Positions 19,991-30,604 of a DNA stretch of 64,000 nt are shown here, piece after piece. The notes below the pieces were generated by a model. The model was not told the origin of the DNA and made no database searches. It worked only from the letters and a program-made list of their open reading frames with translations. Source of the DNA: an uncultured Chloroflexia bacterium (GTDB taxonomy: Bacteria; Chloroflexota; Limnocylindria; Limnocylindrales; CSP1-4); assembly GCA_963766735.1 (NCBI GenBank), contig CAVYBU010000003.1, positions 192,001-256,000 of the forward strand, written 5' to 3'. Position numbers and translations under genes: made by a program. Every line of letters begins with the position of its first letter. Positions within the stretch are counted from its first letter, which is position 1.

Positions 19991-21441
19991 CAGACGATCC
20001 TCAGCGCGCCGACGACGGTGACACGTCGCTCGCGGGAGAACGTCCGGGGGCGTGTCATGCCGTCTCCCGAGGGGCTGGCGATGGACACCGTCGCGAACCC
20101 CTCGCCGCCCTCACCGAGACCCGTGAAGTTGGGCCCGTTGGCGACGAAGATCGAGCAGTTCATCGCCCGCGCCATCCGCGTGATCGTGTCCACGTTGGTG
20201 GAGTGGATCGAGGCCGTGTGGCGGAACCCGTGCTCCGCACGCACCGCCAGGTCGATCGCCGCGTCGACATCCGCAACCCGGACAACCGGCAGCACCGGCA
20301 TCATCTGCTCGGTCCAGACCAGGCCGTGCTCCGCGGGCACCTCGGCGACCAGCAGCCGGGGCTCCACGGCTGGGCGGACCCCGATCTCGGCCAGGATCCG
20401 CGCCGCGTCGCGCCCGATCCAGGCGGGGTTCACGTGCCACGGCTTGCCGGGCGCACCGAGCTCGGTGAAGATCACCCGCTCGAGACGCCGCAGCTCGTGC
20501 TCCGCCAGGACGTAGGCGCCGTTCTGGCCCATGGAGCGGACCAGCCGGTCCGCGATCGACGACACCGCGATGACCAGCTTCTCGTCCGTGCACACGATGT
20601 TGTTGTCGAAGGACGCGCCCTTGACGATATCGGCACCGGCCTTCTCGACGTCCGCGGTCTCGTCCACGACCGCCGGCGGGTTGCCGGGGCCCGCGGTGAT
20701 CGCGCGTTTGTCGGTGCGCAGCGCCTCACGGACGACGCCGGGGCCGCCGGTGACCAGCAGCACGCGTACGTCGGGGTGGGCCATCAGCGCGCGGGCGCTC
20801 TCGATCGTGGGCTCCGCGACGGCGGTGACCAGGTTCGGCGGCCCGCCGGCCGCGATGATCGCGCGGTTGACCAGGCGGACGGCCGCGTTGGACGTGCGGC
20901 GCGCGGACGGGTGGGCGTTGAACACCACCGCGTTCCCCGCGGACACGATGCTGATCGCATTGTTGATGACCGTGGCCACCGGGTTGGTGACCGGCGTGAT
21001 CGCGCCGACGACGCCGAACGGCGCGAACTCCGTGATCATCATCCCCCGCGCCCCGGAGACGGCCTGGACCTCGAGGTCCTCCGGTCCGGGTGCCTTGGTG
21101 GCGACGAGCCGGTTCTTGACCGTCTTGTCGTCGATGCGCCCGAGGCCCGTCTCCTCGACTGCCATGCGGGCCATCGGCTCCGCCTGCTCGACGGCGGCAC
21201 GGCGGACCGCATCGATGATCACCTTCCGCTGGTCCAGCTCCAGGCGGGTGGAGCGGAAGGCCGCGGTGGCGGCTGCCACGGCCTCGTCGAGGCGCGCGAA
21301 GACGCCGTCCCCGACCGCGCCGGTCGTCGGAGCGGCGAGCTCCGCCTGGACGGCCATGCGGCGGCCAGCGCCGGGATCGGGTGAGCCGACACGCCGGCGC
21401 ACCCGGTCGATGATGTCTGCGATCTCGCGTTCGTCGAGCAC
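19990..21441 (-). CDS. Acylating aldehyde dehydrogenase (EutE/PduP-like) with N-terminal encapsulation peptide
   Basis: PFGVVGAITPVTNP, AGPGNPP, SFDNNIVCTDEK, EQMMPVLP; N-terminal helix LDEREIADIIDRVRRRV. Confidence 0.92.
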   Translation of the reverse strand: MLDEREIADIIDRVRRRVGSPDPGAGRRMAVQAELAAPTTGAVGDGVFARLDEAVAAATAAFRSTRLELDQRKVIIDAVRRAAVEQAEPMARMAVEETGLGRIDDKTVKNRLVATKAPGPEDLEVQAVSGARGMMITEFAPFGVVGAITPVTNPVATVINNAISIVSAGNAVVFNAHPSARRTSNAAVRLVNRAIIAAGGPPNLVTAVAEPTIESARALMAHPDVRVLLVTGGPGVVREALRTDKRAITAGPGNPPAVVDETADVEKAGADIVKGASFDNNIVCTDEKLVIAVSSIADRLVRSMGQNGAYVLAEHELRRLERVIFTELGAPGKPWHVNPAWIGRDAARILAEIGVRPAVEPRLLVAEVPAEHGLVWTEQMMPVLPVVRVADVDAAIDLAVRAEHGFRHTASIHSTNVDTITRMARAMNCSIFVANGPNFTGLGEGGEGFATVSIASPSGDGMTRPRTFSRERRVTVVGALRIV

Positions 21442-21492
21442 GTGATCCGTTCCTTCAGGCTCGCGGGTCGGGCCCCCGTCGGAGGCCCGTGA

Positions 21493-21780
21493 CTACTTGT
21501 GGTAGATCTCCGTGCCGCCGACCTCGAAGGTGTCGACGATGGCCATGATCACGGCGTCGCACGGGCGGTCCTTCGTGACCTCCGTCTGGCGCGCCGAGGA
21601 GCCGCTCGCGTAGAGCACCACCTCGCCCACGCCGGCGCCGACGGTGTCCACGCCCACGACGTAGCCGCCGGTCGGCTGGTTGTCCGCGCCGAGCTGCTGC
21701 ACGATCAGGAGCCGCCACCCCTCCATCAGGGGTTCCTTGCGGGTCGAGACGACCGTGCCGGCGATTCGTCCGAGAAGCAT
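21493..21780 (-). CDS. BMC pentamer vertex protein (EutN/CcmL)
   Basis: [36 protein letters not shown]. Confidence 0.93.
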   Translation of the reverse strand: MLLGRIAGTVVSTRKEPLMEGWRLLIVQQLGADNQPTGGYVVGVDTVGAGVGEVVLYASGSSARQTEVTKDRPCDAVIMAIVDTFEVGGTEIYHK

Positions 21781-21862
21781 CGGGTTCCTCTCCGGCCTGT
21801 CCAGGCCTTCAGCTGCGGGGGCGGCCGATCACGACCGCCCCCGGAGGGTCCTCCAGACGCGA

Positions 21863-22165
21863 TCAGCCGAGCTCGGCCGTCGCCTCGTCCAGACGGCCCA
21901 GTGGCAGCACCGTGTCCACGTTGGCGTGCGGCCGGGCGATCACGTGGGTCGCGACGACCTCGCCGACCTTGGCCGCGCTGCGGGCGCCGGCCTCGACGGC
22001 GGCCTTGACCGCCGCGACGTCGCCTCGCACGACGGCGGTCACGTACCCGCCGCCGGTCTTCTCGTAGTTCACCAGCTCCACCTTGGCGGCCTTGACCATC
22101 GCGTCCGCCGCCTCGACGACCGCGGCGAACCCGCGAGCCTCGATCATTCCCAGTGCGTCTGCCAT
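21863..22165 (-). CDS. BMC hexamer shell protein (EutM/PduA-like BMC-H)
   Basis: [37 protein letters not shown]. Confidence 0.95.
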   Translation of the reverse strand: MADALGMIEARGFAAVVEAADAMVKAAKVELVNYEKTGGGYVTAVVRGDVAAVKAAVEAGARSAAKVGEVVATHVIARPHANVDTVLPLGRLDEATAELG

Positions 22166-22274
22166 CGGACCCTCTCCCGTATCGGTGCTTGCTCCGGTCG
22201 GCCGGTCGGCCGCCGGATCGGTTGGTGGTTGTCGGTTCTGGGGTTGCCCCTTCGCCGTGATCGCCCGGCGATCG

Positions 22275-22890
<616 letters not shown>

Positions 22891-22904
<14 letters not shown>

Positions 22905-23778
22905 TGGTCCCACCTACTCCCGTCACGATCTTGACCCCGGCCGACGCCCCGATCCGGGTCGCCCCCGCGGCGATCATCTCCTCGACATCGTCCTTGGTCC
23001 TGATCCCTCCCGCGGCCTTGACCCCGATCCGCGGCCCCACCGCCTCGCGCATGAGCGCGACGTCGAACACGGTGGCGCCACCCGAGGCATAGCCGGTTGA
23101 GGTCTTGACGAAGTCCGCCTTGGCGTCCTTCGCCAGCCGGCACGCGACCACCTTCTCGGCGTCCGTCAGGAGCGCGGCCTCGATGATCACCTTGTTGATG
23201 GCGCCCGACTCGTGGCACGCGTCCGAGACCTTGGCGATGTCCTCGCGGACCAGGTCGTGCAGGCCGGACTTGAGCGCCCCGACGTTGATCACCATGTCGA
23301 TCTCGCGAGCGCCGTCCCGGATGACCTGGCGTGTCTCGTGGGCTTTGACTTCCGAGATCGTGGCACCGAACGGGAAGCCGACGACCGAGGCCACAGCGAC
23401 GCCGCTGCCCCTGAGGATCCTCGCCGCGCGGGCGACCCAGACCGGGTTGATGCACACCGACGCGAAGCCGTGCTTCATGGCCTCCGCGCACAGCCTGTCG
23501 ATGTCGGCATCGGTGGCATCCGGCTTGAGCAGCGTGTGGTCGATGTACTTCGCGAGGTTGACCGGGACGTAGCCGGCCTCTCCGCTGTAGCTGACGCGCG
23601 ACGCGCCGCCGGCGACCACCTCCGCCACCTTCGGAGCGCACCGGGCCGCGCACCCGCCAGAGCAGGTGGCGCAGTTGATCCCGTCGGGTCCGGAGCCGGG
23701 GGCGCCCGCGAGCGTCGCCATGACCTGGCGCGTGATCGCCTCGATGAGCTGGAGACGTTCCTCGGGCGGTGCGGTCAT
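22891..23778 (-). CDS. deoC: Deoxyribose-phosphate aldolase with N-terminal encapsulation peptide and Cys motif
   Basis: [50 protein letters not shown]. Confidence 0.93.
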
Positions 23779-24437
23779 CGGGGTTCCTCTGGCTGGGGCC
23801 TGCTGTAACGCTGCTCGATGTCGGTGATCTTCGCGACGCGCTTGCCATGCCGCTCCGCGCCCCAGGGGGTGGCGAGGAACGTGTCGACGATCTCGAGGGC
23901 CATGCCCTCGCCGATCATCCGGGCGCCGAGCGTCAGCACGTTGGCGTAGTTGTGCTCGCGCGCGTTGCGGGCCATCGAGGTGTCGTGGGCATTCGCCGCG
24001 CGCACGCCCGGGACCTTGTTCGCGGTCATCGCGGAACCGATCCCGGCGCCGTCGATGACGATGCCGTTGGCGCACGCGCCGCTCGCCACGAGGCGTGCGA
24101 CGACATGCGCGAAATCCGGGTAGTCCACGGCGTCGGGGCCGTTGGTGCCGCAATCGGTGACGCCGAAGCCATTGTCGGCGAGGTGCTTCGCGAGCACGGA
24201 CTTGAGGGCGAAACCGCCGTGGTCCGCGCCGATGGCAACGGTTGTCGCAGCAGCGGAGAGGACCGGGGCGATGGCCGCAACCGGGGCGATTTCCGCAACC
24301 GGGGCGATGGCCGCAACCGGCACCGGGGGCGTCTGCGCGGGTACGTTTGCTGCCGCCCGTCCGGCCTCCAGACCCTCGAGCGCGCGCTCCACCAGCTGGC
24401 GCACGACCTCCTCGTTCGGTATCCCTCGCTCAGCCAT
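23775..24437 (-). CDS. rpiB: RpiB/LacAB-family sugar-phosphate isomerase with N-terminal encapsulation peptide
   Basis: [46 protein letters not shown]; N-terminal helix [15 protein letters not shown]. Confidence 0.88.
   Translation of the reverse strand: MAERGIPNEEVVRQLVERALEGLEAGRAAANVPAQTPPVPVAAIAPVAEIAPVAAIAPVLSAAATTVAIGADHGGFALKSVLAKHLADNGFGVTDCGTNGPDAVDYPDFAHVVARLVASGACANGIVIDGAGIGSAMTANKVPGVRAANAHDTSMARNAREHNYANVLTLGARMIGEGMALEIVDTFLATPWGAERHGKRVAKITDIEQRYSRPQPEEPR
24262..24320 (-). repeat. 18-bp tandem repeat x3 encoding ([12 protein letters not shown]) linker
   Basis: accggggcgatggccgca / accggggcgatttccgca / accggggcgatggccgca on the plus strand. Confidence 0.85.
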
Positions 24438-25407
24438 GGGCCAGCACCCAGGCGGCGGTGGCGTCGTCGCAGGCGAGGACGTTGACGAGGCCCGCCCGGA
24501 TCGACGCGAGGGCGATCGGCCCTCGTTCCGCACCGGCTGCCACACCCATCCGGAACGGCTTCCGAGCGAGCTGGTTCAGCGACAGGCCCACCGTCCGCCG
24601 GTCCAGCTTGGGCCAGGCCACCTCACCGTCAGCATCCAGGAAGTGCCCGATGACGTCGCCCACGGCACCCCGCGCACGGAGGCGTGCCTGCTCGTCCTCG
24701 TCCACGAACCCGGAAGCGAGGTGCGGGCTATCCGGGGCCGGGATGCCCAGGCCGAAGACCGCGGCAGGCGCGGCACGGGCAGCGTCCACCGTCTCGCGAA
24801 TTGCCGGGTCCTTCATCAGGGCGTCGCGCAGATCCGCGCTGCCCACGATGGCAGGCGCCGCCAAACCACGGAAGGTCGCGCCGGACGTCGCGGCGAACCG
24901 CTCGAGGATCTCGTTCGCGCGTGTCGGTTGCGTGGAACGTGACGCCGCCCCGTTGAGCTGCACGATCTCGGTAGCCTGGGTCCAGCCGTCAGGGAGACGC
25001 TGCGCGAGGGCGAGCATCGTGCGACCCCACGAGACGCCGATGGTGCCGGTGGGGCGCCGCGCATGGAGATAGTCAACGACCGCGTTCGCGACCGCGTCCC
25101 GCGCGAGGTCGTCGGCCTCCCGGCCGGCGCCGGTCGCCGCGGGAACGTCTGCGACCACGGCGGCTTCAAGTCCGAAGCGTTGCGCCAGCTGCACCTCGAG
25201 GTCCACCAGCCGCGCGTCGGGGTGGACGACCTCGATCCGCACGATGTCCTCGCGAAGGGCGCGGTCAAGCAGACGACCAACCCTGAAGCGGCTCAACCCG
25301 AGCCGTTCGCCGATCTGCTCCTGGCTCAGGTGCATCCGGTAGTACATCTGCGCGATGCGCACCATCAGCCGCGTGTCGCTCGCCCCCCGACTCCGCGCTG
25401 CGTGCAC
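24430..25407 (-). CDS. SorC/DeoR-family sugar-binding transcriptional regulator
   Basis: AQMYY..SQEQIGERLGLSRFRVGRLL HTH; GVSWGRT, GAVGDVIGHF sugar-binding domain. Confidence 0.92.
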   Translation of the reverse strand: MHAARSRGASDTRLMVRIAQMYYRMHLSQEQIGERLGLSRFRVGRLLDRALREDIVRIEVVHPDARLVDLEVQLAQRFGLEAAVVADVPAATGAGREADDLARDAVANAVVDYLHARRPTGTIGVSWGRTMLALAQRLPDGWTQATEIVQLNGAASRSTQPTRANEILERFAATSGATFRGLAAPAIVGSADLRDALMKDPAIRETVDAARAAPAAVFGLGIPAPDSPHLASGFVDEDEQARLRARGAVGDVIGHFLDADGEVAWPKLDRRTVGLSLNQLARKPFRMGVAAGAERGPIALASIRAGLVNVLACDDATAAWVLAHG

Positions 25408-25429
25408 TGATCCTCCGGGCTCCAGTTAC

Positions 25430-25504
25430 TGCACATATGAGCGAACAGCATCACATATGAGCAACTTGAACGGTAATCTACGCTTCTGCGGGGCCAGATG
25501 TCAA
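25430..25504 (-). promoter_or_regulatory. BMC operon sigma70 promoter with two downstream operator repeats
   Basis: Minus strand TTGACA-N18-TAGATT (25504-25475); CACATATGAGC at 25432 and 25452, 20-bp period, each with a CATATG palindromic core. Confidence 0.78.
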
Positions 25505-25766
25505 GAAGGACGGCCCAAGACTCGACGACGCGGGCCGATTTGTGACGAGGGGGGCCGAATTCGGAGCGAGGATGGCGTTCCGGTGGCCCGGCCGCAGGCG
25601 GCTCCTGCGGAATACGTGACCGCCATGAGGCCGATGGTCTTGTCGGGAGGGGCGCTGGGGCGGGGCGTTACGCAGGAGAGGGGGCGACGCTCCGGGGCGG
25701 GCGTGGAGCAGCGCCGCTCAGCGGTCCACGGCGAAAGAGGCCCTTGTCGTCACCGGTTGACGGATC

Positions 25767-26849
25767 TCAGCGGACTGCCGCGTACACCGCGTTCAGCGCC
25801 GCATCGATCGGGTCGGACGGCAGGCCCCAGACGCCGGTGAGATAGACGAACACCAGGTCATGGGCGGGATCGATCCAGAGGCGCGTCCCGGACATTCCGC
25901 CATGCCCGAACGCCGTGGTTGTTGCCGGCGACGTCGTGCCTCTCCTGCCCCAGCCGATGGCGTAGTGCTCGTCCGCCAGCCGGTCCTCGGCGGCACCCAG
26001 GCCATTGATGGTGACCTCGCGGGTGGCGAGGTCCGCGAAGGCGGGCGCCAGCACGCGCTCGCCTTCCAGCTCCCCGCGGCCGAGCATCGCGCGTCCGAAC
26101 CGCAGCAGGTCCGACGCCGTGCTCCACAGGCCGCCACCGGCCATGCGCAACCCGATGTAGCCCTCGAGGAGAAGCTCCGCCATGGCCGGGTCGGCTACTT
26201 CCGCCAGCGGTCCGCTGTCCCAGCCGCCCACCCGGACGGGTGCCATGCGCGCAGCACGGTCGGGCCGCGGGTCAAAGCTCGTGTCCCCCATGCCCAGCGG
26301 GTCGAGGACCTCGTCGCGCAGCACCCGGTCAAGCGGCTTCCCGGTCGCACGCTCGACGGCCTCGGCCACCAGCTCCCAGGTGCAGGTCACGTATGCAAAC
26401 CGGGAGCCCGGCACCGCATCCTGCGGGAGCGCGATCGTGCGGCGCAGGAGTTCGGCGCGGTCACCGCCCTGGAGCAGCAGCTGCTCGATGTCGACCTCGC
26501 CCAGGCCCGTGGTGTGGGTCAGGACGTGCCAGGCCGTGAGAGGCGGGTGACCAGCCTCGGCCAGTTCCGGCAGCCACCCGGAGAGCGGCGCGGTCAGGGA
26601 GAAGCGCCCGTCCTGGACAAGCCGCATGACGGCGGTGGTGACGATCGGCTTCGTGATCGATGCCAGCAGGCAGACCGCAGCAGATCCGATCGGGGCGCCG
26701 TCGCGGGGTGGCACGGCCTCGAGGCGGATCGTCCCTGCGGCATTGGCCACGCCGAGGATGACGAAGGGCACGGTGCCGTCCACCACTTGGCGGGCGGCGA
26801 GCGCGAAGGCGCGATCAAGCGCGGCAGCGTCAAGGCGATGGGCAGGCAT
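25767..26849 (-). CDS. Serine hydrolase, beta-lactamase/class C-like family
   Basis: ASITK (SxxK), LTHTTGL, PGSRFAY, GGGLWST, FGHGG; leaderless TATCGT-N6-ATG. Confidence 0.88.
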   Translation of the reverse strand: MPAHRLDAAALDRAFALAARQVVDGTVPFVILGVANAAGTIRLEAVPPRDGAPIGSAAVCLLASITKPIVTTAVMRLVQDGRFSLTAPLSGWLPELAEAGHPPLTAWHVLTHTTGLGEVDIEQLLLQGGDRAELLRRTIALPQDAVPGSRFAYVTCTWELVAEAVERATGKPLDRVLRDEVLDPLGMGDTSFDPRPDRAARMAPVRVGGWDSGPLAEVADPAMAELLLEGYIGLRMAGGGLWSTASDLLRFGRAMLGRGELEGERVLAPAFADLATREVTINGLGAAEDRLADEHYAIGWGRRGTTSPATTTAFGHGGMSGTRLWIDPAHDLVFVYLTGVWGLPSDPIDAALNAVYAAVR

Positions 26850-26978
26850 GCCGGAACGATACGCCTCGTTGGACCGCCCGCGGCAGGATCGCCCGCCGCT
26901 CGGTGTCACCCGTTCAGCGGGCGTTGAAATCGGCTAATTGGCAGGGACATGTTTCAGTCTGCCGAGTATCCTCTCCTC

Positions 26979-27728
26979 GTGACCGATGCCGCCCGCGCCC
27001 CTATCGCCCAAGCGACTTCGCGCCCGGCCTCGCCCATTGCGGAGGAGATCCGTCTCGAGCTGGCCAATGCCTGGGGCGAGATGGGTGCCGCGTGGGGCGT
27101 CGCGCCGGCGATCGCCCGTGTGCACGCGTACCTGATGGCCCGCCAGGAGCCCCTCACGGAGCGCGAGGTCCGCGAGGCCCTGGGCCTGAGCCATCGCGCC
27201 GCCAGCCTGGCCCTCGCCGAGGCCGAGGCCTGGGGTCTCGTCGAGCGGGTCGCGGAGCCGCGCCGGGTGGGAAGGCGCGGACCCGCCGGCACCGCCTACA
27301 TGGCCATCGGCGATCACTGGCGCTGGTTCGGCCGCGTCGTTGCGGAGCGCAAGGTCCGCGAGGGCGACCCCATCGTCATCGTGCTTGAGCGCACGCTGGC
27401 GGACACAACCACCGCCCTTGCCCTGCACCCTGGCGAGCCGGAGCTGGTGCGTCTCCGCGAGTGGCTGGCAACGTTCCTGGTCTTCGTTCGCCTGTTCGAC
27501 CGCGCGGTGGGCCTGGTCTCACGCCTCGAGCCCACGGAGCTGGAGCGCGCGCTCCGCCTCCTGGGCGAGGTCCCGGACGACACGGTCCTGCGCCTGATCC
27601 GACTCCTCGATGGCCTTCCCGACGACGACGTCCTGGGCCTGGTCGAGGCGCTGAGCCGCCTCTCGCCAACGTCCGCGCGCCGCGCCACGACGCTGATGTC
27701 AGGAGTGGTCAGGACCCTGGTGCGGTAA
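26979..27728 (+). CDS. GbsR/MarR-family transcriptional regulator
   Basis: WGEMGAAWG..ARVHAYLM..LGLSHRAASLAL..WGLV; leaderless TATCCT-N6-GTG. Confidence 0.8.
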   Translation: MTDAARAPIAQATSRPASPIAEEIRLELANAWGEMGAAWGVAPAIARVHAYLMARQEPLTEREVREALGLSHRAASLALAEAEAWGLVERVAEPRRVGRRGPAGTAYMAIGDHWRWFGRVVAERKVREGDPIVIVLERTLADTTTALALHPGEPELVRLREWLATFLVFVRLFDRAVGLVSRLEPTELERALRLLGEVPDDTVLRLIRLLDGLPDDDVLGLVEALSRLSPTSARRATTLMSGVVRTLVR

Positions 27729-27974
27729 GGCGCGTTTCCCCGGTCGGGCTGGGACGAATCCCGGCCGGACGACGCTGGGGGAGCCTTCGTGAGTCGCGAA
27801 TCCGCGTGACGACGGCTGCGGTCAGGCGCCGGCCGAGCACACCCGCGAAGCCAGCATCAGCCGCCGTGCGATAATCGGGGAGTGACGCCGGACGGACCCG
27901 GTTCGAACGGGCGAGGACCCCGCGGCAAGCTGGACGCCCGACCACTCACGCGTCTCTCGGAGATCCCAATCATC

Positions 27975-28859
27975 ATGACCGAAACCTCCACCTGGGCCAC
28001 CAAGAAGGGCCTCGCCCAGATGCTCAAGGGCGGCGTCATCATGGACGTCGTCACCCCGGAGCACGCCCGCATCGCAGAGGACGCCGGCGCCGTCGCCGTG
28101 ATGGCGCTGGAGCGCGTGCCGTCCGACATCCGCGCAACCGGGGGTGTTGCCCGCATGTCCGACCCGGAGATGATCTCCGGGATCATGGCGGCGGTGTCGA
28201 TCCCGGTCATGGCCAAGGCCCGGATCGGGCACTTCGTCGAGGCGCAGGTCCTCGAAGCCCTGGGGGTGGACTACATCGACGAGTCCGAGGTCCTCACCCC
28301 GGCCGACGAGCGGAACCACATCGACAAGCACGCCTTCAAGGTCCCGTTCGTGTGCGGCTGCCGGAACCTCGGCGAGGCCCTGCGCCGGATCAACGAGGGC
28401 GCGGCGATGATGCGGACGAAGGGCGAGGCCGGTACCGGCAACATCGTCGAGGCCGTCCACCAGCTGCGCGACGTGCTGGCCGAGATCCGCCGGCTCGAGT
28501 TCATGCGCGAGGACGAGCTGTTCGTCGCCGCCAAGGAGCTCGGGGCGCCGTACGACCTGGTCAAGCAGGTGGCGGCCGACGGCCGGATGCCGGTGGTCAA
28601 CTTCGTCGCCGGCGGCATCAGCACCCCATCGGATGCAGCCCTCGTGATGCAGCTGGGCGCCGAGGGCGTGTTCGTCGGCTCCGGCATCTTCAAGAGCGAG
28701 GACCCGGCGCGCATGGCCAACGCAATCGTCCAGGCCACCACGCATTTCCAGGACGCCAAGATCATCGCGGAGGTCTCGAGGGGCCTGGGAGCGCCGATGC
28801 GCGGCATCGCGATGGAGGCCATCCCGGACAACGAGCGCCTCGCGGTCCGGGGCTGGTAG
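27975..28859 (+). CDS. pdxS: Pyridoxal 5'-phosphate synthase, lyase subunit
   Basis: [48 protein letters not shown]. Confidence 0.97.
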   Translation: MTETSTWATKKGLAQMLKGGVIMDVVTPEHARIAEDAGAVAVMALERVPSDIRATGGVARMSDPEMISGIMAAVSIPVMAKARIGHFVEAQVLEALGVDYIDESEVLTPADERNHIDKHAFKVPFVCGCRNLGEALRRINEGAAMMRTKGEAGTGNIVEAVHQLRDVLAEIRRLEFMREDELFVAAKELGAPYDLVKQVAADGRMPVVNFVAGGISTPSDAALVMQLGAEGVFVGSGIFKSEDPARMANAIVQATTHFQDAKIIAEVSRGLGAPMRGIAMEAIPDNERLAVRGW

Positions 28860-28887
28860 GCGGATCGCTCGGCTCCGAGCCGGCACC

Positions 28888-29526
28888 ATGAAGATCGGGG
28901 TCCTCGCCCTCCAGGGGGCGTTCGCCGAGCATGTCGTCACCCTGCGCGCCATCGGCGTGGAGGCTGTGGAGGTGCGCCTGCCGGAGCAGACGCTCGATCT
29001 CGATGGCCTGATCCTGCCCGGTGGCGAGAGCACGACGATGCGCCGCCTCATCGACCGCTGGGGCATGCGGCAGCCGCTCCTGGATCTGGCCGCGAGCGGC
29101 GCTCCGCTGTTCGGGACATGCGCCGGCATGATCGTGCTTGCCCGCGAGATCACCGGCGAGGAGGATCCGATCCTGCCGCTCCTGGACGCGACGGTCACGC
29201 GCAACGCCTTCGGGCGCCAGCTGGACTCGTTCGAGACGGAGCTCCCCGTGCCTCTCCTCGGTGACAAGCCGGTGCACGCGGTGTTCATCCGGGCGCCGGT
29301 GATCGAGCGCGTCGGTCCGGACGTGGATGTCCTGGCGCGTCTCCCGGATGGAAGGATCGTCGCCGTGCGGGAGCGGAACATCATCGCGACGTCGTTCCAC
29401 CCGGAGCTCGCGGGCGAGACGCGGTTCCACCGGCTGGTCGCGATGCTGGCTTCCGAGCACGCGGATCCAGGCGAGGGCAGCGGCCGGCGCCCGCACCCGA
29501 TCCGCCGCAGCCTGCAGAATCGGTAG
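28888..29526 (+). CDS. pdxT: PLP synthase glutaminase subunit
   Basis: GVLALQGAF, PGGESTT, GTCAGMI, RNAFGRQ, FIRAP, FHPEL. Confidence 0.97.
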   Translation: MKIGVLALQGAFAEHVVTLRAIGVEAVEVRLPEQTLDLDGLILPGGESTTMRRLIDRWGMRQPLLDLAASGAPLFGTCAGMIVLAREITGEEDPILPLLDATVTRNAFGRQLDSFETELPVPLLGDKPVHAVFIRAPVIERVGPDVDVLARLPDGRIVAVRERNIIATSFHPELAGETRFHRLVAMLASEHADPGEGSGRRPHPIRRSLQNR

Positions 29527-29532
29527 GGACGC

Positions 29533-30579
29533 ATGGCGCGAAGCACCGGCAAGGTTCGAGCGGCCCGGTTGACGGACCTCGCCGCGCTCGGAGAGCTGAG
29601 CAGGCTTGCCCAGGGCGACGGCGAAGGAACCCGATCCCTGGGCCTCCCCGTGTCGGGTCCGCCGATCGGCATGTTCAGCCTGTTCCGGTTGCCGCTTGGC
29701 GCCTTCCAGCCGCACGACCTGCTCTACGTCTTCGAGCGCGACGGTCACATCGCGGGCCTGCTGCGCGTGGAGCGCGAGAGCCAGCGCGACGAGTGGACGG
29801 TGGTGGAGTTGGACGCCGTCGGCGGCCTGGATGCAGGCGATGTGCGATTCCGGCTCATCCAATCCCTGATGCGCGACGGACCGAAGCGCGGCGCGGCGCG
29901 CTTCCACGTGGCATGCGCGGACGCCGACGACAACGTGGAGCTGTTCATGCAGGCCGGCTTCGCGCGGTATGGCGATGAGCGCGTGCTGTTCCGTCCGCCC
30001 GGCCGGCCATCGACATCCCCGCTGACCGACGAGGCCGCCCACGGGGTCGGGATCCGACCCGCGGTGGCCCAGGATGCGGTGGCGCTCTCGCGTTTGTACG
30101 CATCCGTGACACCCGCGCCCGTCCAGCGGCTGGAGGCCGTCCGGATTGCCGACTGGGAACGGCAGGGTCGCGAGCTGCGGGTGCCCCGATCGTCGCTGGC
30201 GCCGATATTGCGGTTCGCGGACGTGGAGGCGTACGTGCAGGAGGCACCGGACGGCGGTCGTGACGGAACGCAGCTGGACGCCCTGGTCCACGTGGGCGTT
30301 GCCAAGGAAGACCAGCCGCACTACCTCAAGCTGCTCGCGCGGCCGGAGGCGGACGTGGTGCCGCTGCTCCGGTACGCGCTCGGCGTCATCGGGACCCGGG
30401 CGGATTCGTCCTCGCTCGGTGGCCGGGGCGTCATCGCGCCCGTGCGAACCTATGAATCGCCGATCGACCGGCGCCTGGAGGAGGAGGGCTTCGAGGCCAT
30501 CGCCACCGTCACGCTCCTCATGAAGGAAACCCTGGTCCGCGTTGCTGAGCCGCGCCTCGTGCCGGCCGGCGTCCGGTAG
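29533..30579 (+). CDS. Hypothetical protein, probable tandem GNAT-like fold
   Basis: VRAARLTDLAAL, ELFMQAGFARYG, GIRPAVAQD, LEEEGFEAI resemble GNAT elements. Confidence 0.55.
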   Translation: MARSTGKVRAARLTDLAALGELSRLAQGDGEGTRSLGLPVSGPPIGMFSLFRLPLGAFQPHDLLYVFERDGHIAGLLRVERESQRDEWTVVELDAVGGLDAGDVRFRLIQSLMRDGPKRGAARFHVACADADDNVELFMQAGFARYGDERVLFRPPGRPSTSPLTDEAAHGVGIRPAVAQDAVALSRLYASVTPAPVQRLEAVRIADWERQGRELRVPRSSLAPILRFADVEAYVQEAPDGGRDGTQLDALVHVGVAKEDQPHYLKLLARPEADVVPLLRYALGVIGTRADSSSLGGRGVIAPVRTYESPIDRRLEEEGFEAIATVTLLMKETLVRVAEPRLVPAGVR

Positions 30580-30604
30580 CGGGTCGCAAGGAGGGCAGGC
30601 CAGC

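Noticed and set aside
25666-25672. Extra CGTTACG heptamer in the intergenic region upstream of the BMC operon
   Set aside because: No second repeat at 11 bp and no matching -10/ATG geometry.
27895-27912. GGTTCGAA as a tRNA T-loop
   Set aside because: No cloverleaf, acceptor stem or CCA end in the flanks.
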